A stretch of 64,000 nucleotides of DNA from the human T2T-CHM13v2.0 reference genome, Homo sapiens (GCF_009914755.1 NC_060944.1); one strand, 5' to 3'; positions 28,811 to 45,622 are shown, counted from the stretch's first letter. Program-made: numbers and translations. The notes: generated by a model not told the origin, from the sequence alone.

Positions 28811-30611
28811 AAGCACCAAGCTGGGCTCTGGGAAGGATGGGAGTGAGGCGGCGGCCCTTCCCCGGGGGGCACCGGATCCTGTGTGAAGGTCATCCTCAAT
28901 ACAGTGGGCTTTGCTTTATGAAATTCCCTGCTGATTCACATCAGGATTCTTCTCCAGCTCCTCCTTCCCATCCCTGTCCCTGAGTCCCTTGTAAATTTTG
29001 CAGGAGCCACCAGGTCCCTCCTCCCCTCGATTCCTGAAGAGCAACAAACGCTTCTATAGCACTCATGTGCCTGGCAGGATCCTAGCCCTTTACTTAAACT
29101 TTGTGAACTCATCTGATCATCACAGCAGTTCCAGGAGCTGGGGACTCTTATTACACTTATTTCATAAATGGAGAAAAAAGGCCCAGAGAGGTTAAGTCAC
29201 TTGTCCAGGATCACACAGCTCCAAGTGGTAGAGGCAGGATATGATCCCAGGCAGTCAGGCCTAGGCCTCATGCTGTTAACCACTACACTTACTATCTCAC
29301 CCTTGGCTATGAGGAGTCAAACTGGGCTTGAGAGATTGGGTGAGGGGAGAGGGCTTCAGCCACCCCTTCCACATAAAAGAAACAGTTGCCGTTTTCTGAG
29401 TACCTCTCCTGTGCCTAGTTCTATACCCAGGCTTCCTCTATTCTGCATATCAACAGAAGGGGTATCACAAGGATTGTACCCATTCTACAGATAAGAAAAC
29501 CAAGGCTCAGAGAGGGGAAAAGCCATGTCCACAGTTACAGCCAGGACTGAGAATGTGGAACTCTGGGACTCCAGACCCCATTCTGTCCCCTCCTCCACAC
29601 TGCCTGTGCTTGTCACCCGCTTCCTGCCTTGGTGGTGAGGGGGGTGCTCAGGGGTCAATGGCCGCACTGCATTTTCTTCTTGCTGGAAGCAGAAGGAGGA
29701 CAGGAGAAGTGACACATTGCACAGCTGCACGGATTCCCGCTCTCAGGGCTCGTAGATTTTGTCTGGCACAATCAACATGTCTGAGGCCAGCTCTGGGCCA
29801 GGTGCTGGAGAGACCGAGATAGGAACACAGAGTGGAGGGTGAGAAAGATGGAGGCCCTAGGTGGCTTTGATGAGATAGACAGTGGTGGGGTTGTTACAGA
29901 AGTTCAGAGAAGCCGCTCAGAGGAGCAGGTGCACATGAACCTTGTGTCCTGGCAGCTTCTTCACTTCTCTGGATCTCAGTTTCCATCTCTGTGACACGGG
30001 GTGGTCATACCTGCCACCCCATCTCACAGAGCTGGTCAGGACTAAAGGTGAGCGCCAAGGGGGCATGCACTATCTCCACCTTGCCCTCTGCTGTCTTCCA
30101 GGACAGAAAGAGCACAGGCCCCAGCTTGTTGTAGGCATTCTGGGGACCTGGCACACAGGAGGTGCTCAGGGCCTGCTGGACGTATGGAAATAAAGAAATA
30201 AACTTCTTTGGGACTTATTTTCTTCCCCCATAAAGTGAATTATTTCCATGCACCCATGCACTTTACAAAGACATAGACCCTCTCAACCACCTGGCAAGGC
30301 GAGTACTAAGATCATCTTTGCTTAACAGGTAAGAAAAACGGACACCTAGAGAAGCTACGAGATTTCACCAAGGTCCTAGAGCTAAGAAGGGATGGAGCTA
30401 GCATTTGAATTTCACTCCCTCTGCCTCCTCAGCATTCACAGAACTAATTGCAGAACTAAACTAATAACAGCTTGTGTTTTGTGGAGCATTTATTACGTGC
30501 CATGCGTTATTCCAGACACTTCACATATATTAACTAATATTAGTATCTACCTCAAATGTGTGGGAGAGATGATATTTCCTTCCCATTTTACCCATAAAGA
30601 AAGAGGTTAAG

Positions 30612-31246
<635 letters not shown>

Positions 31247-31842
31247 TCACAAGTAATTTGCAAAGCCAGGATTCAAACTCAGGCAGTCTGGCTCCAGAGT
31301 CCATGGTCTTAAATCACAACACCCTGCAGGAGAGGGTTGGCAATGTCATCCCAGGCACAGAGTCTGGCACACGGGGAGCACTTATTGGATTGTGAAAACC
31401 TAGCAAACCACGAACAGACAAGCAGGGCTTTCCTATTCTGAACCACACTGAGGTCTCCCTTAAGAATTCACTTATTTCCATTTCTTCCTGTGAGTCCCAC
31501 TTGACAGAGAAGAAGCTGCCCACAGACCATTTTCCCCCTTCTTCCCCCTCCCTCTAGGAAAATTCTGGGCAGCATCCACCAGGTCACAGCTGCCAGCCAG
31601 AGGACTGGCTAGAGCAGAGTTTGGCCAGGTTATCGGGTTTCGTGGTCAGCCACCTTCGCCCCTGACCAGAGCTGTCTTTCCAAAACAGAACATTCAGTCA
31701 CTGCCTGTCCCTGCGCCCAGCTGTCCTTGTGCCCCGACCTTGCTCTCTGCCCACCGGCCCAGGGTTTTTCCTCGTATTCTTGTCTCTTACTGATATCTTG
31801 CAAAGATGACCGGAGCAGAGGAAAGAAAGTCAGGGAGCAGCC

Positions 31843-32058
31843 TGAGAGAAACGATGAGGAGACAGAGACAGAGAAAGAAGAGACAGAGAAAGAGGTGACA
31901 GATGGACAGAGGAGAAAGAGGAGACAAGAAAGACAGAGAAAGAGGAGACAGAGGCGACAGACGGACAGAGAAAGACAGAGAAAGAAGAGACAGAAAGACA
32001 GAGAAAGAGGAGACAGAGATGGAGAGACAGAGCTGGAGAGAAAGACAGAGACAGGAGG
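31843..32058. repeat. GA-rich low-complexity tract (GAGACA-type)
   Basis: Seen directly. Confidence 0.9.
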
Positions 32059-32199
32059 GCCCTGCAGGTGCCATCTGCCCTCCAAAGCTGTCTCGAGGGC
32101 AGGGTTTGTAACCTTGCATCTCCACCCAATGCATCTTGACCTCCCAAGGCTGCAGCATCTTCTCCCAACAGCCCCCATCCTGCCACCAGCCCAGCAGGT

Positions 32200-32720
32200 C
32201 CTAAGAGACCTCGTTTTCCTTCCCCCCTCACCTCCATGCACAATCCCTCACCTAACTAACTCCTCCTTATCTCCCTTCCTCCAGGAAGCCCTCCTTGCCC
32301 CCACAGCCCCTCTATGTACCCTGATTACACCTCCCTCATACTTTGTGGTTCATTGATAGGTTCGCCTCCTCCACTGGAATGGCAGCTCCTCGAGGGCAGG
32401 GTCTGGATCGGTCTGGCTCGCCCTGCATCCCTGCACTCAGCCCAGTGCCTGACTCATAGTAGGTGCTCAATAAATGTTGGTTGAAGGAAGGATTAAGCCA
32501 GCTGCTATGTGTCAGCTCCTTGGAGAATCCTTCCCTGGTATGGCTTACAACTGTTTGGACTTCATCGTGTGATTATTTGATTCAGGGTCTGCGTGGCCTC
32601 TGGTCCGAAGAAGGCAGGATCTGAGTCTGCTGCATTCACCCTTGTCTTCCCAGCACCTGGAACAGTGCCTGGCACAGAGTAGGTGCTTCAGTATTGGTTG
32701 AATGAATGAATGGATGCATG
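32200..32720 (+). mobile_element. Two LINE-2 3' ends
   Basis: gcagctcctcgagggcagg...catagtaggtgctcaataaatgttggttgaa and cagtgcctggcacagagtaggtgc...gaatgaatgaatgg. Confidence 0.8.
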
Positions 32721-33850
32721 AGCAAATGAATTAACCATTAGCCCTCTGGAGGTTTTGAATCATATTTTTTAACCCATTTGAAGCAGTTCAAATGTTCCCC
32801 ATTGCCTTTCAAATCAGACCCCAAGTCCTGTCAAGACCTAGGAGGCTCTGCAAGATCTGGCCCCTGCCACGTCTCCAGCCTCTGCCCTTCTCCCGCCACC
32901 CCTACAGGCACCGATGTCTCTAGGGTGCCCGGCGTGGTAGCAGTTCTCATCCCCCTCCACACCCCACCATAAGTCATGTCAACAGAGCTGGGTTGGTTTA
33001 TTTGTTTTTTTCTATGAACAAGACTGCCTAGAAAAATGGAGCACTTTTGCACAAACAACCTCAATGTCACCCATGGACCTTGGTCACTGTGGGACAGTCT
33101 CCAAGGTTTGGCCGGCCAGCTTCCCAGGGCACTGACCTGAGAAAGGGTTTGCGCCCTGGTCGCTCTGTCCATCTCCCACCCGACCCTCTAAAGGGCTGGC
33201 TGGCTGGGTGGGAGGGGTGTCCTTGGAGCCCCTGAGTCTGACCTTCATGTTCTGCAGGAAGCCAGGGGAGGGGACCCAATGGAGTGGACCCCACCACATC
33301 CTTTAGGCTCAGACCAGGCCTTACACCCTCCAGAAAGCTGCCTTGGCCACTTTCCTGGCATCTCTGGACTCCTGTTCTCACCCTAATTGCATCTCATATC
33401 ATGCTTGGCTGAAATTCTCTACTGGACAGTTTCTTCCACTGGACTGTGCTCCAAGTGGTTAAGGCCAAGTCTTTTCTATCTTGGTGTCCCCAGAGCCCAG
33501 ATCTGGCCTATGAGGGTCATCAGCAAACATGCAGTGAATGAACAAAGGATTATTGAACAAGCGCTTCCTGCCTTAGTGCATGCTGACCTCTGTCTTTCTT
33601 ACTAGGATGGGGTCCCAAGGACCTTGTCTCTTTTATCTTTGCTCCTCAGTGTCTAACACTGCTTGACACATCAGTGGCACCATGAAACATGTGTGGAATA
33701 AACAAACAAGGCCTTCCTACCATCCATCATATCTGCCTCTCCTCCTGGACTGGGAGCACTATGAGGTCAAGGACCAAGCCTTATTTATTTCTAGCTCCTC
33801 TGAGTCTAGCACTGGACCTGGTACAAAAGAGATGCTTGGTAGGTACTTAC

Positions 33851-34008
33851 TGGATGGATGGATGGATGGATGGATGGATGGAGTTGAAACTGATGGATCA
33901 ATGGAGGAATGAATGGAAGGTTGGACAGAGTAAATGAATAGAATGGGCGGATGGAAGTGCAGGTGGGTGGATGGATGGCAGATGGGTGAATGAAAGGCTG
34001 GATAGATA
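33851..34008. repeat. (TGGA)n microsatellite with degenerate extension
   Basis: Seen directly; follows an L2 3' end. Confidence 0.9.
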
Positions 34009-35125
34009 AATACTACAGTCCAGGTCGTGAACGTGGGAAATATTGCTTTCTACCCCCCCCACACAAAAGCCACCATTTTAGAAGAGCTAAAATCATTTTA
34101 GAACAGCTAAAATGAGGCCAGAGAATGACTCAGCTAGAGTTTCTATGAGAGATATTTAAAAGAAAAAAAAATGTGAGAAAGACGGGTCTCGGAGGCTCTG
34201 AACTTCTTAAGCAAAACCCTGTAAGTTGGCCGTGCTCTCTTGCAGCGTTTATGTGATATTTTATGGAGGGCCTGCCATATTTAGTGCCCTTGGGTTTGGT
34301 CTGGAAGTTGAACGAAATTTCAGATGTGGACCCTGACCCCAGGTTGCTCAGAGTCAGATATATGCCCATTCATCCTCAATGCGTCTTCTTGTCGGGGTGT
34401 CCAAAGAACAAAGGTTTGGGAAACAAACACAGATTTGTATCCTGACTTCTTTTCTGTGTGACCTCAAGCAAGTATCTTGGCTTCTCTGAACCCTGGTTTG
34501 CTCATCCTGCTTTGCAGGGTTGTTGCAATCACACAACAAGCCCATGCTTATCAAATGCTGAGCCCAGGCTGGGATTGCTGTTGATGATTGGTAAACACTA
34601 AACTGGGCCTCAGTGTGCGAAGCTGCTGACTTGCTGTGTGATGTTGTCGGAATGTCGGGACTTTTCTGTTCCTTCATTTCAGCTCAGTGGCATTCATCCT
34701 TAACAAGGGCCGTGAACTAAAGAAGAGCTCAAGCTGGGGAACCAAGTAGACCTGGGTTTGGGATCCTTTGCTCCCCGGCTGCATGGTTTCAGACAAGCCA
34801 CCGTGTCTGTCTGAACCTCAGTTCCTGCATCTACACTGCAGAACTCCTTGCTGTTTCTCAAGCACAGCTGTCACCCCTGCACCCAAGCTCTCCTTTGGCA
34901 AGAGAGCCATAGAAAGTGAGTTCCTGGCATCCACCTTGGGGACGTGTGGGCTTCTAAATGCGGTGCACCTTGAGGCACTCCAGAGCAAAGAGGGGTGCAG
35001 AGGGATCTGGAAGGGCAAACAGAAGACACCTGTCTTCTCACCCTGTCTGGAAGAGGACCCCCATTCCATGTGGTCCCACTAGCCTACTGATTTATGTTGC
35101 CAATAGTTTATACCACATGGCTTTA

Positions 35126-35449
<324 letters not shown>

Positions 35450-35483
35450 TCATTTATTTTTCCTAGTCTAACTCCCCACCTGA

Positions 35484-35812
<329 letters not shown>

Positions 35813-36002
35813 TCTACGTTTCTGTATGTCTTGATTGCTTTTTCATCCTCGGGTTCTAAAGCCTAGACAGGCACATGGTCTTTGTTAAGTAAATGTGTTG
35901 AATAAATGCATGTATGAATGGATTAGCACATAAAGAAATGAATGCATGAATGGATAGGTGCATGAATAGCTGGGCCCAACAGAATCAGTTAAGAGGCTTA
36001 AC

Positions 36003-36076
36003 CACACACACACTCACACACACACACAGACACAAGCACACGCACACACAAACACACACACCTACATACACATACA
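36003..36076. repeat. Imperfect (CA)n microsatellite
   Basis: Seen directly. Confidence 0.9.
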
Positions 36077-36891
36077 GAGGTGCTTGAGCCCTGCTCCAAA
36101 AATAAAAATAAGAATCAACCCTTAATGATCACTTACTCATTAAGTATACCAGGCGCCACGTTTAGCCTGTGATGTAGGGCATTTCACTGAATCCTCATGA
36201 CCACCCTCTGCGGTAGGGACTAATGCTATACTTTTTTCATATGTCAACCCTGAGGCTCAGAGAGGTAAAGTCACTGACCCCAGGTCACACAGCCAAGAGG
36301 TGGAGGAGCCAAAATTGAATTCAAGATCTATTTGATTCCAGAACCATGCCTGACCTTACTGGGCCAGCGGGGTCACCTCTGAATCAAGATTTTTAGGATT
36401 CCCCAGGTGATTCTGATGCACAGCCAGGTTGAGAACTCCTGGGCCAGAGCATTGAGGTTTGGGGGAGTCTGCTGGCTTTGGGACCAGCTGATCCAGCCCC
36501 TGTGCTGCCTCGCAGCCTGGTTCCTTATCTCTGACACAGGCGTGATGGCAGCGCCTACCTCAGGGGATTTCAGGAGGACCTAATGAATTAATCCACACAA
36601 CGTGTTAAGCAGAACACAGTAAGCACTTCTCACGGCTCCCCTGGGTGCAGACAGATGCATTCCCAACCTCCTAGTGCAGTGCCTGGGACAAGCTGGAAAG
36701 GGCATCTCAGCAGCATTCGAGAGGCTATCGCATCTAAGAGTGAACGGGAATGCTATAGTAATTCCATCCCCCAGAAAAACATCTTGCAGAAATACTCGCA
36801 CACGTCCACAGAGTTGTGTGCCCTACAGACCACGACAGTGTGGCTTGTGATAGCAAAAGCCAGGAAGCAGGCCCAATAGACATGTTTAGGG

Positions 36892-37135
36892 CAGGGCTCT
36901 CCACTTCAGCAAGGTGGACGTTTGGGGTCACATAATTCCCTGTTGTGGGGGCTGTCCTGGGCGTTGTGGGATGTTTAGCAGAATCCCTGGCTTCTACCAT
37001 CTAGATGCCAGCAGCATGTCACTACTCCAAGTTGTGATGACAGAATATGTCTCCAAAATCGCTGAATGTCCCCAGCATTGCTGAATGTCCCCTGGAGGAA
37101 AAAAAAAAAATCACCCCATCCAAGTGGAGAAGTTT
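36892..37135 (-). mobile_element. MER20 DNA transposon
   Basis: gggggctgtcctgggcgttgtgggatgtttagcagaatccctggcttctaccatctagatgccag (reverse complement of the MER20 core). Confidence 0.9.
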
Positions 37136-37659
37136 GTGACATGCCCAAGGAGATGGAACTCATATTTCAGCAAAGCTGTGACTTTATCCTGCACTAAGTC
37201 CCAGGTCACACTTTTCCTATTTGCTTTTTGTGGATTCCTTAGACTTTGCTCCATTCACAATCATGTGTTCTATGACTAGAGATAATTTCATTTCTTCTTT
37301 TCCCATCTGGCTGCCTTGGCACGTTTGAGGACAGAACTTGCACAACACAAATTGTAGCTCAAGTGGATTATGTAATCTGCACAGGGATGCTTTTTCGGGA
37401 AGTTAACTTTGTTCAAATATTGAAAATTCGTAAAATAGAAGAATATGAATTTTTTTAATGGGACCACCCACAGAGGGCAATTTTCTCACAGTTTGCTCGT
37501 CTGAGTAGCTTTCTCCATTTTGAAATTTTATTATAAAGTTGCAATCACACTGTATGTACAATTTCAAATCCTGTTAGTCTCAAAGTCTTCAAAATCATAC
37601 TTCTCGTGTTATTACAAAATTTTCTTTGACGTTCTCTTTAATTGTTGTCTATTGTTTCT

Positions 37660-38695
<1,036 letters not shown>

Positions 38696-38787
38696 TAATA
38701 TTTTGTGCAGAAGGTGTCTCTAACATCCTTTTAGGAAACATTTCCTGATTAACTTAAACATTCCCTGCTTATTGGGCATTTAAGTAG

Positions 38788-39393
<606 letters not shown>

Positions 39394-40379
39394 TAGTCAT
39401 TTTTGGATAGTTCTTAAATACAACATATGGATGAGCAGTCATTAACCACGAAGCTTAGGAGACCTAGTGTGATCTAGTGTCAATCTGGGTTTCTTAGTTG
39501 CGAGGGACAGAATGCACCCCTCTGGCTAGTTTACACAGAAAAGGAGTTTATCAAAGGTTATTAGGTGGTTCATAGGACCCTCAGGGGAGTTCCTGAGTCA
39601 GGACTGGGGGCAACACAGCTAGGAATGAGGCTGGAATTTGATGGAGAGCTGCCCCAGTGAGCCCCACTTCTACTCAAGGACGCCCCCACTGCATCCTCCA
39701 GACCCAGGTTCTCTTTCCCACCTCTTTTGTCCTATTGTTCTCTTTTAATTGGAAGCCTCTCACAGGGGAGCCCACTTCACACTCCCGCACCCGGGAGGCT
39801 CAGGGAGGCTAGGAAAGCAAGTTTTCTGGCAATTCCTTTGAGAGATGTGATCTACTAAGGTAGGAAATTCCCTGAAGGGTGACCGCAGGGTGTGGGCCAG
39901 AAAGTAGGGCAAAGGTCAGCTCCTTCGGCAAAGACGGCTGGGCTTGTGGGAAGAATCCAAAAAGGTTTCTAGCAACACCTTCTCCATTTCTCCTCCACTG
40001 AGGGCAAGAGAACAGCAGAGAGAAGTAAATGACAAAAGTGTCATTCCCATTTGTGTCACCCTTGGGGTTCACCCAACTCTGCAGAGGCTAAGTTAGAGTG
40101 GGGACCTTGAGATCTGTCCTCGCTTCACCAACCTGAGGCCAGCAAGCCAACGCGGATGTCTCTATCTGATGGATGTGTGTCTCCTGGACCCCTGACCACA
40201 TCCTTCAAGGAGACGTTTGTGAAGGATGTGTTTGCCTTGTCCACTGTTGCACTGAACAACACCAGCATCCGGACAAGCCCTGGCACACAGTAGGTGCTCA
40301 ATAGATAAATCTCGAATGAATAAATGATGGCACTGGACTCTCTGCCTTGGAAGAAACCTTGGAGTCTAGAGTTACCATG

Positions 40380-40840
40380 GATTGACTCAACCAGTATTTC
40401 CTGAGCACCTACCATGCTCCAGGCCCTATTTTAGGTGCTGCGGATACTGCAGGAAAGAAAAGAAAGTCCCAGTCCCTGTCTTCAGAGTGAAGGAGATGGG
40501 CAATCCATTTTAAAACGCCAAAAATATTCATATAACACAGCACAACACAACATAACATCATATAATCTGATCTAATACAATACCAAGTAAAATGTTTTAC
40601 AAGGAAATGTAAAACTGGATAAGTGATTTGGAGATGCTCATTTAGAAAAATAATTGAGGAAGGCCTCTCTGAGAAGGTGATGTTCAAGCAGAGATCTGCG
40701 GTAGGAAGGGAGTGAGCTGAGCAAATATGGGAGGGAAGTGTATTCTGGGCAGAGAGAGCAGCCGGCACAAAGGCCCTGAGGCAGGAATGAATGAGCTTGG
40801 CGTGTGCCCTTTGTGGTGAGGCGGTCAGTGAGGCAAGGGT
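40380..40840 (-). mobile_element. LINE-2 fragment
   Basis: gtatttcctgagcacctaccatgctccaggc...aggaaggcctctctgagaaggtgatg...aaaggccctgaggcagga. Confidence 0.8.
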
Positions 40841-41395
40841 TACACCAAGTTTCCCAACTTCAGCAAATCTACAGAACCCTTAACTGGCGGAAACAGGAGG
40901 TAGGGAGGGATGAGTTCTTCACTCTTAAGCTTCTCTGGGAAAACATGATGTCAGGGACAGACAGTAAATCTTGACTTGTCCCAGAAAACAATGGGCCCAT
41001 GTAACCAGTGAAGTGTTAGCCTGAAAGTAACCGGCCAAAGGGCTGGGGTGTGGGTGGGTCATATGGAATTTGTTAACAGATCTGCATTAGAAAAAGAGCT
41101 TCCCAGTTGGGGGCAGCAGAAGCTTCTGGCTAACATCAAAAAGATGTTTATTGTGGTGATTCTGTGCAGACATGAAAAATGGAGATTCGCCACACAGAGA
41201 TGTGGAAAGATGTCCCCAATACGTTAAGTGAAAAAATAGGCCACAGGATAGTATTATATATTGTACAATCCCTTTTGAAAATTCACTAGTCATTTATTCA
41301 GAAAATATTCATTATGGACCTAATGTGGTGTGGAAGACCCAGACGCGGTCTTGCCTGCCTCCTGGAACTGACCGCACAGTGGGGAAGGCAGATGA

Positions 41396-41872
<477 letters not shown>

Positions 41873-43179
41873 TGATTCCACTTTTCTTATGCTCCTCTTT
41901 CTTTTGATTGTCTGTAGGTTCTGATTTTTTAAAATAAATGTCATGATTTATAATCGAGTGAATAAAAAAAAAACTCAAAATGAATAGGAGCAGGAGAGCT
42001 GGAACTCACGGGTCTGCAGAGGACTTAGACCCAGGGAAGGAAGAATACACAAGAAACCAATCAACAGAGGCTGGAGTAGGAGGTATCCTCACTTCTCCCT
42101 GGATACCTTTTGAACCTTTTGAATATGTAAGTATTCAAATAATAGTAATAAGCAAAGGTATTTTAAAATGAAACTTTGAGTCAAGTTTTATTTTCGTGAA
42201 AAATGAAAAAACAGACAACAGTAGGATCTCAATTTAAATACGCGAGCTGAGCTGAATTCCCGTGCACATCTTAGAGTGGTTCTCTCTGGGTCACCTTTTT
42301 AGTTTTCTTCTTTGTACTTTTCTGTGTCTCCTATATTTAAAATAAGAAGAATAAAAAAAGACGAGAAAAAAAGACTACCGAATATAGACCATTTACCACG
42401 GGCAAGATCCCATTCTGGGTGCTTTACAAACATGCTTTTGCTTCATCCCCATGACCTTCTCATTCCTTACTTTCATTTGACAGATGAGGAAACTGAGGCT
42501 CAGAGCACAAAGTCACCGGCCAGGGTCACCCGGCCGGATTTGACCCGCGTTGATCAGATCCTAAAGTCTGTCTCTAAACTAGAAAGCTCAAGTACCCTTG
42601 GTATGTCCTTCAAGGAAACGACTTTGCTTTGAAAATCAGGGGGAAAAAATAAACAAACCAAACAAGAAATATGACATTTTTTTAAACCACTTATTTAAGC
42701 TCTGATGGGACCTGAGACCAGCCGAGCTTGGGGAGGGTTTCTCGGCAGGGCACTGTTTGTGTTGTGGGTGGGGCTGTCCTGCCTGGCAGTCCCCCATGGC
42801 ACATCCCTGCCTGCTCGTCAGCCATGTTCCCCTGTCACTGTGACACTCAGATCCCCCATCTCTGCCAGCCTCCCCTCCTTGAAGACTGCTGGCCTAGACA
42901 CTGCAGTGACACTGAATTCCTGCTGGGGCCTCGCTCCTGTTGTCCTGTGAGCCACTGTGGGTTGACACCCCCTGCAGACCTGAGAAGCAGGTGCCTCAAT
43001 GGCTTTGTTTTACAAGGAGACTCAGAGAGGGCTGGGTGACTTGTCACACAGCCAAGACTTGGCCCCATGCAATACTGCCTACCCTCTGGGACCAAGTCTT
43101 TTGTGGTTGTGGGGTCGAAGCAGGGGAAGGGAAAGGCGAGTGGCCTGCAGCCCCAGGCTCAGAGGGAAGGCAGCCACAA

Positions 43180-43460
43180 AGCGCGGTCCACTCTCCAGCC
43201 AGCTGAGCTAGGCCGGGAGAAGTGAAGCTTTGCTGCCAGGCTGGGTAGGCCAGGCCGGGCGGCGGGCAGGCGGCCACTACAGTGGGGACCGGGAAGTCGA
43301 GCACTCCCTCTCGCCTGCCCGGCAGTGTCCCATGGCCGCCCGCCAGGCCCCGCCTGACGTCAGGGTCTGACCAGGGACATAATGTGCTGGCGTGGGGACA
43401 AGGGCTGACTGCAGAGAGACAGAGCCGCAAGGCGGGGCGGCCAGGGGAGGCGGGCAGGCA
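43180..43460. promoter_or_regulatory. Small CpG-rich promoter/enhancer-like element with CRE, GC boxes and ETS-like motif
   Basis: Palindromic CCTGACGTCAGG 43353-43364; GGCCCCGCC 43346-43354; GGCGGGGCGG 43431-43440; CCGGGAAGT at about 43289; densest CpG cluster seen in the window. Confidence 0.6.
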
Positions 43461-43752
43461 GAGGAGGAGAGAGAGAAAGGGAGAGAGAGAAACAGGCAGA
43501 GTGAGAGAGAGAGAGCGAGAGACAGGGGATGGGAAAGAGAAACACAAACAGATGGAGAGAGAAGGAAACAGAGGGAGGGAGAGAGACCGAGAAAGTGAAA
43601 AAGAGAAACAGACAGAAAAGAGACACAGAGAAGGAGAAAAACACAACTAGGAAGATGTTCAGGGAAAGCTGGAGAGACAGCAAGAGCCAGAGAGACAGCA
43701 AGAGCCAGAGAGAGGAAAGTGGAGGTGCTGGGGGGGAAATGACAGAGAGAGG
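43460..43752. repeat. GA-rich low-complexity tract including an 18-bp tandem (gagacagcaagagccaga x2)
   Basis: Seen directly. Confidence 0.85.
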
Positions 43753-44825
43753 AGGCCTAGCAGGGGCTGTGCGGTTAAGGGCAGGTGCTTGGGAGACCCC
43801 AGACCTGGGCTGGGGCTTTGACTCTGCCCCTGTGAGCTGTTGACTCACCTCTGAGAGCCTCCACTCCTTACCTGGTGCAATGGGAGTCTGAGTAACAGGG
43901 CTTCGCTCATCTGGGGAGGGGACAGAGCCCCTTTCCATGATGCGAGAGGGAGAACAGGAGTCAGATCTGTGTAAAGTACTTTGGCAGAGCCCTGCATGTA
44001 GTAAGTGCTCAATAAATTGGAGGTGAAAATTGAGAAAGAGTTGGGAAGTGGGAAATGGAATGCCAGAGTGTGAGTGGATGGGGGTCGCCCCCATGGACAG
44101 AAACTCTCGCTCCACAGCACTCCCTTCCCTGTAGCCTTGGAACAACCCCCTTCCTGTCCCTGCATGGCTTCAGCTTGAGGCCACCAGCACAGACCTTGGC
44201 CTGGCCTTGCCTGTCTTGGGGCCCAACCCCCTGCTTATGGGTTCAAGAAGGCCATGATCCCAAGGCCATCGCGTCACCAAAGCCAAGCAAGGCCAGACCC
44301 TGGTCACTTCTGGCTTTCCAGCCTCGTCACCCCTCAGCCGCTTAATTGTTAAATGGCCTGGCAGGGCTGAGGGACTGAGCCAGCCGCCTGTCTGGGTGGG
44401 GGCAGCCGTTCCCGCATGTCCTCCATTAGTGCAGGGGCACACACGCCAGAGGCCTCAGGTAGCACTTGCTGAGGTGAGGATGCAAAGATCCCTTTCTCTA
44501 GCTCCCACTATTCCCAGAAGCCTTCATCAGCCTCAGCCTCGGCCTCAAATTCTCACTGTGTGCCAGGCATGCTTCTGAGCGCTTCACAGGATTAATCTAC
44601 TTAATCCTCCTGACAGCCCCAAGAGATGAAGTGCTAACATTATCTCATTTTACAGATGAAGACGCTGAGGCTCAGAGAGCTGGAGTCACTGGTCCAAGCC
44701 CACCTGCTAAGGAGTGGCAGGGCCAGGCAGCCACTTAACCACAGAGCAGCTACGATTCCCTGCACAACTTGAGCAGCAGCCTGTGCCGGGTGGCAACACA
44801 AGCGCCCGGATCATCTGACCAGGGA

Positions 44826-45037
44826 GCAGTCCTTGGCTGGGAGTGATTTTGCCCCCACAGGAGATATTAGGCTATATGTGGGGACATTTGGGGTTGTCAC
44901 AACTGGAGAGAAGTTACTGGCATCTGATGGGTGGAGGCCAGGGATGCTGTTCAGTGCCCTACAGTGCACAAGACAACCCCCATAGCAGAGAATTATCCAG
45001 CTCCAAATGTCAGTAGCACCAAAGTTAAGAACCTTCT
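44826..45037 (+). mobile_element. MER20 DNA transposon
   Basis: gtgattttgcccc...ggttgtcacaactgg...tactggcatctgatgggtggaggccagggatgctg...gaattatccagctccaaatgtc. Confidence 0.9.
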
Positions 45038-45172
45038 ATAAGGTAAATTCTATTACAATCTCCATGTTATAAATGTGGAAACTGAGGCACAGAGAGAGGG
45101 TGGGACTATAAGGTAAGTTCTGTTACAATCTCCATGTTATAGATGTGGAAACTGAGGCACAGAGAGAGGGTG
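45036..45172. repeat. 70-bp tandem duplication of a MIR fragment
   Basis: Copies start at 45036 and 45106; 3 mismatches over 67 aligned bp. Confidence 0.95.
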
Positions 45173-45622
45173 CCACTTGCACAAGAAGCCCACTTCATGC
45201 CCTGCTCTTCCATAAGACCCCACTGCCAATCTGCATTAAGACACCCCTGCCTCCATTCGAGGCCTTCTGAGTCCTCACTTGCTCAGTACAGACAATGCTT
45301 CGCATCCTCTCAATATATGAAGGTCATCTTAGTCATTGACAGAAAAAAAAGATCAAGCCACAAAGTCACTGGGAATGTACGAATGCCTTAAAATGAATTT
45401 ATATTTTATTCATGGCAGCATTGAGGGACATTTGAAATAAACCAAATATGGATTCATGGAGCAAGTATTTTCTGAGCACCTACTAAGTGCCAGGCCCTGT
45501 CCATGGTGCTGGAGATACAGCCGAGAACCAGACAGATCCAGCCCCTCCTGGGTCTTTAGGAGGTGACAGTCTGGTGGGGAAGGCAGATGATAGACAAGAA
45601 AACAAACACACAACCAAGGTCA

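Noticed and set aside
31630-32356. Overlapping 203/209-aa ORFs rich in R/E or S/L
   Set aside because: Artefacts of the GAGACA low-complexity repeat
34074-34114. Short palindromic direct repeats resembling a CRISPR array
   Set aside because: Only two abutting units, no spacers, primate context
37061-37092. 13-bp direct repeat (gctgaatgtcccc) in MER20
   Set aside because: Ordinary slippage duplication with no functional indication
43360-44145. 261-aa minus-strand ORF and overlapping 200-aa ORF
   Set aside because: Openness is due to the stop-poor GA/TC low-complexity tract and MIR sequence
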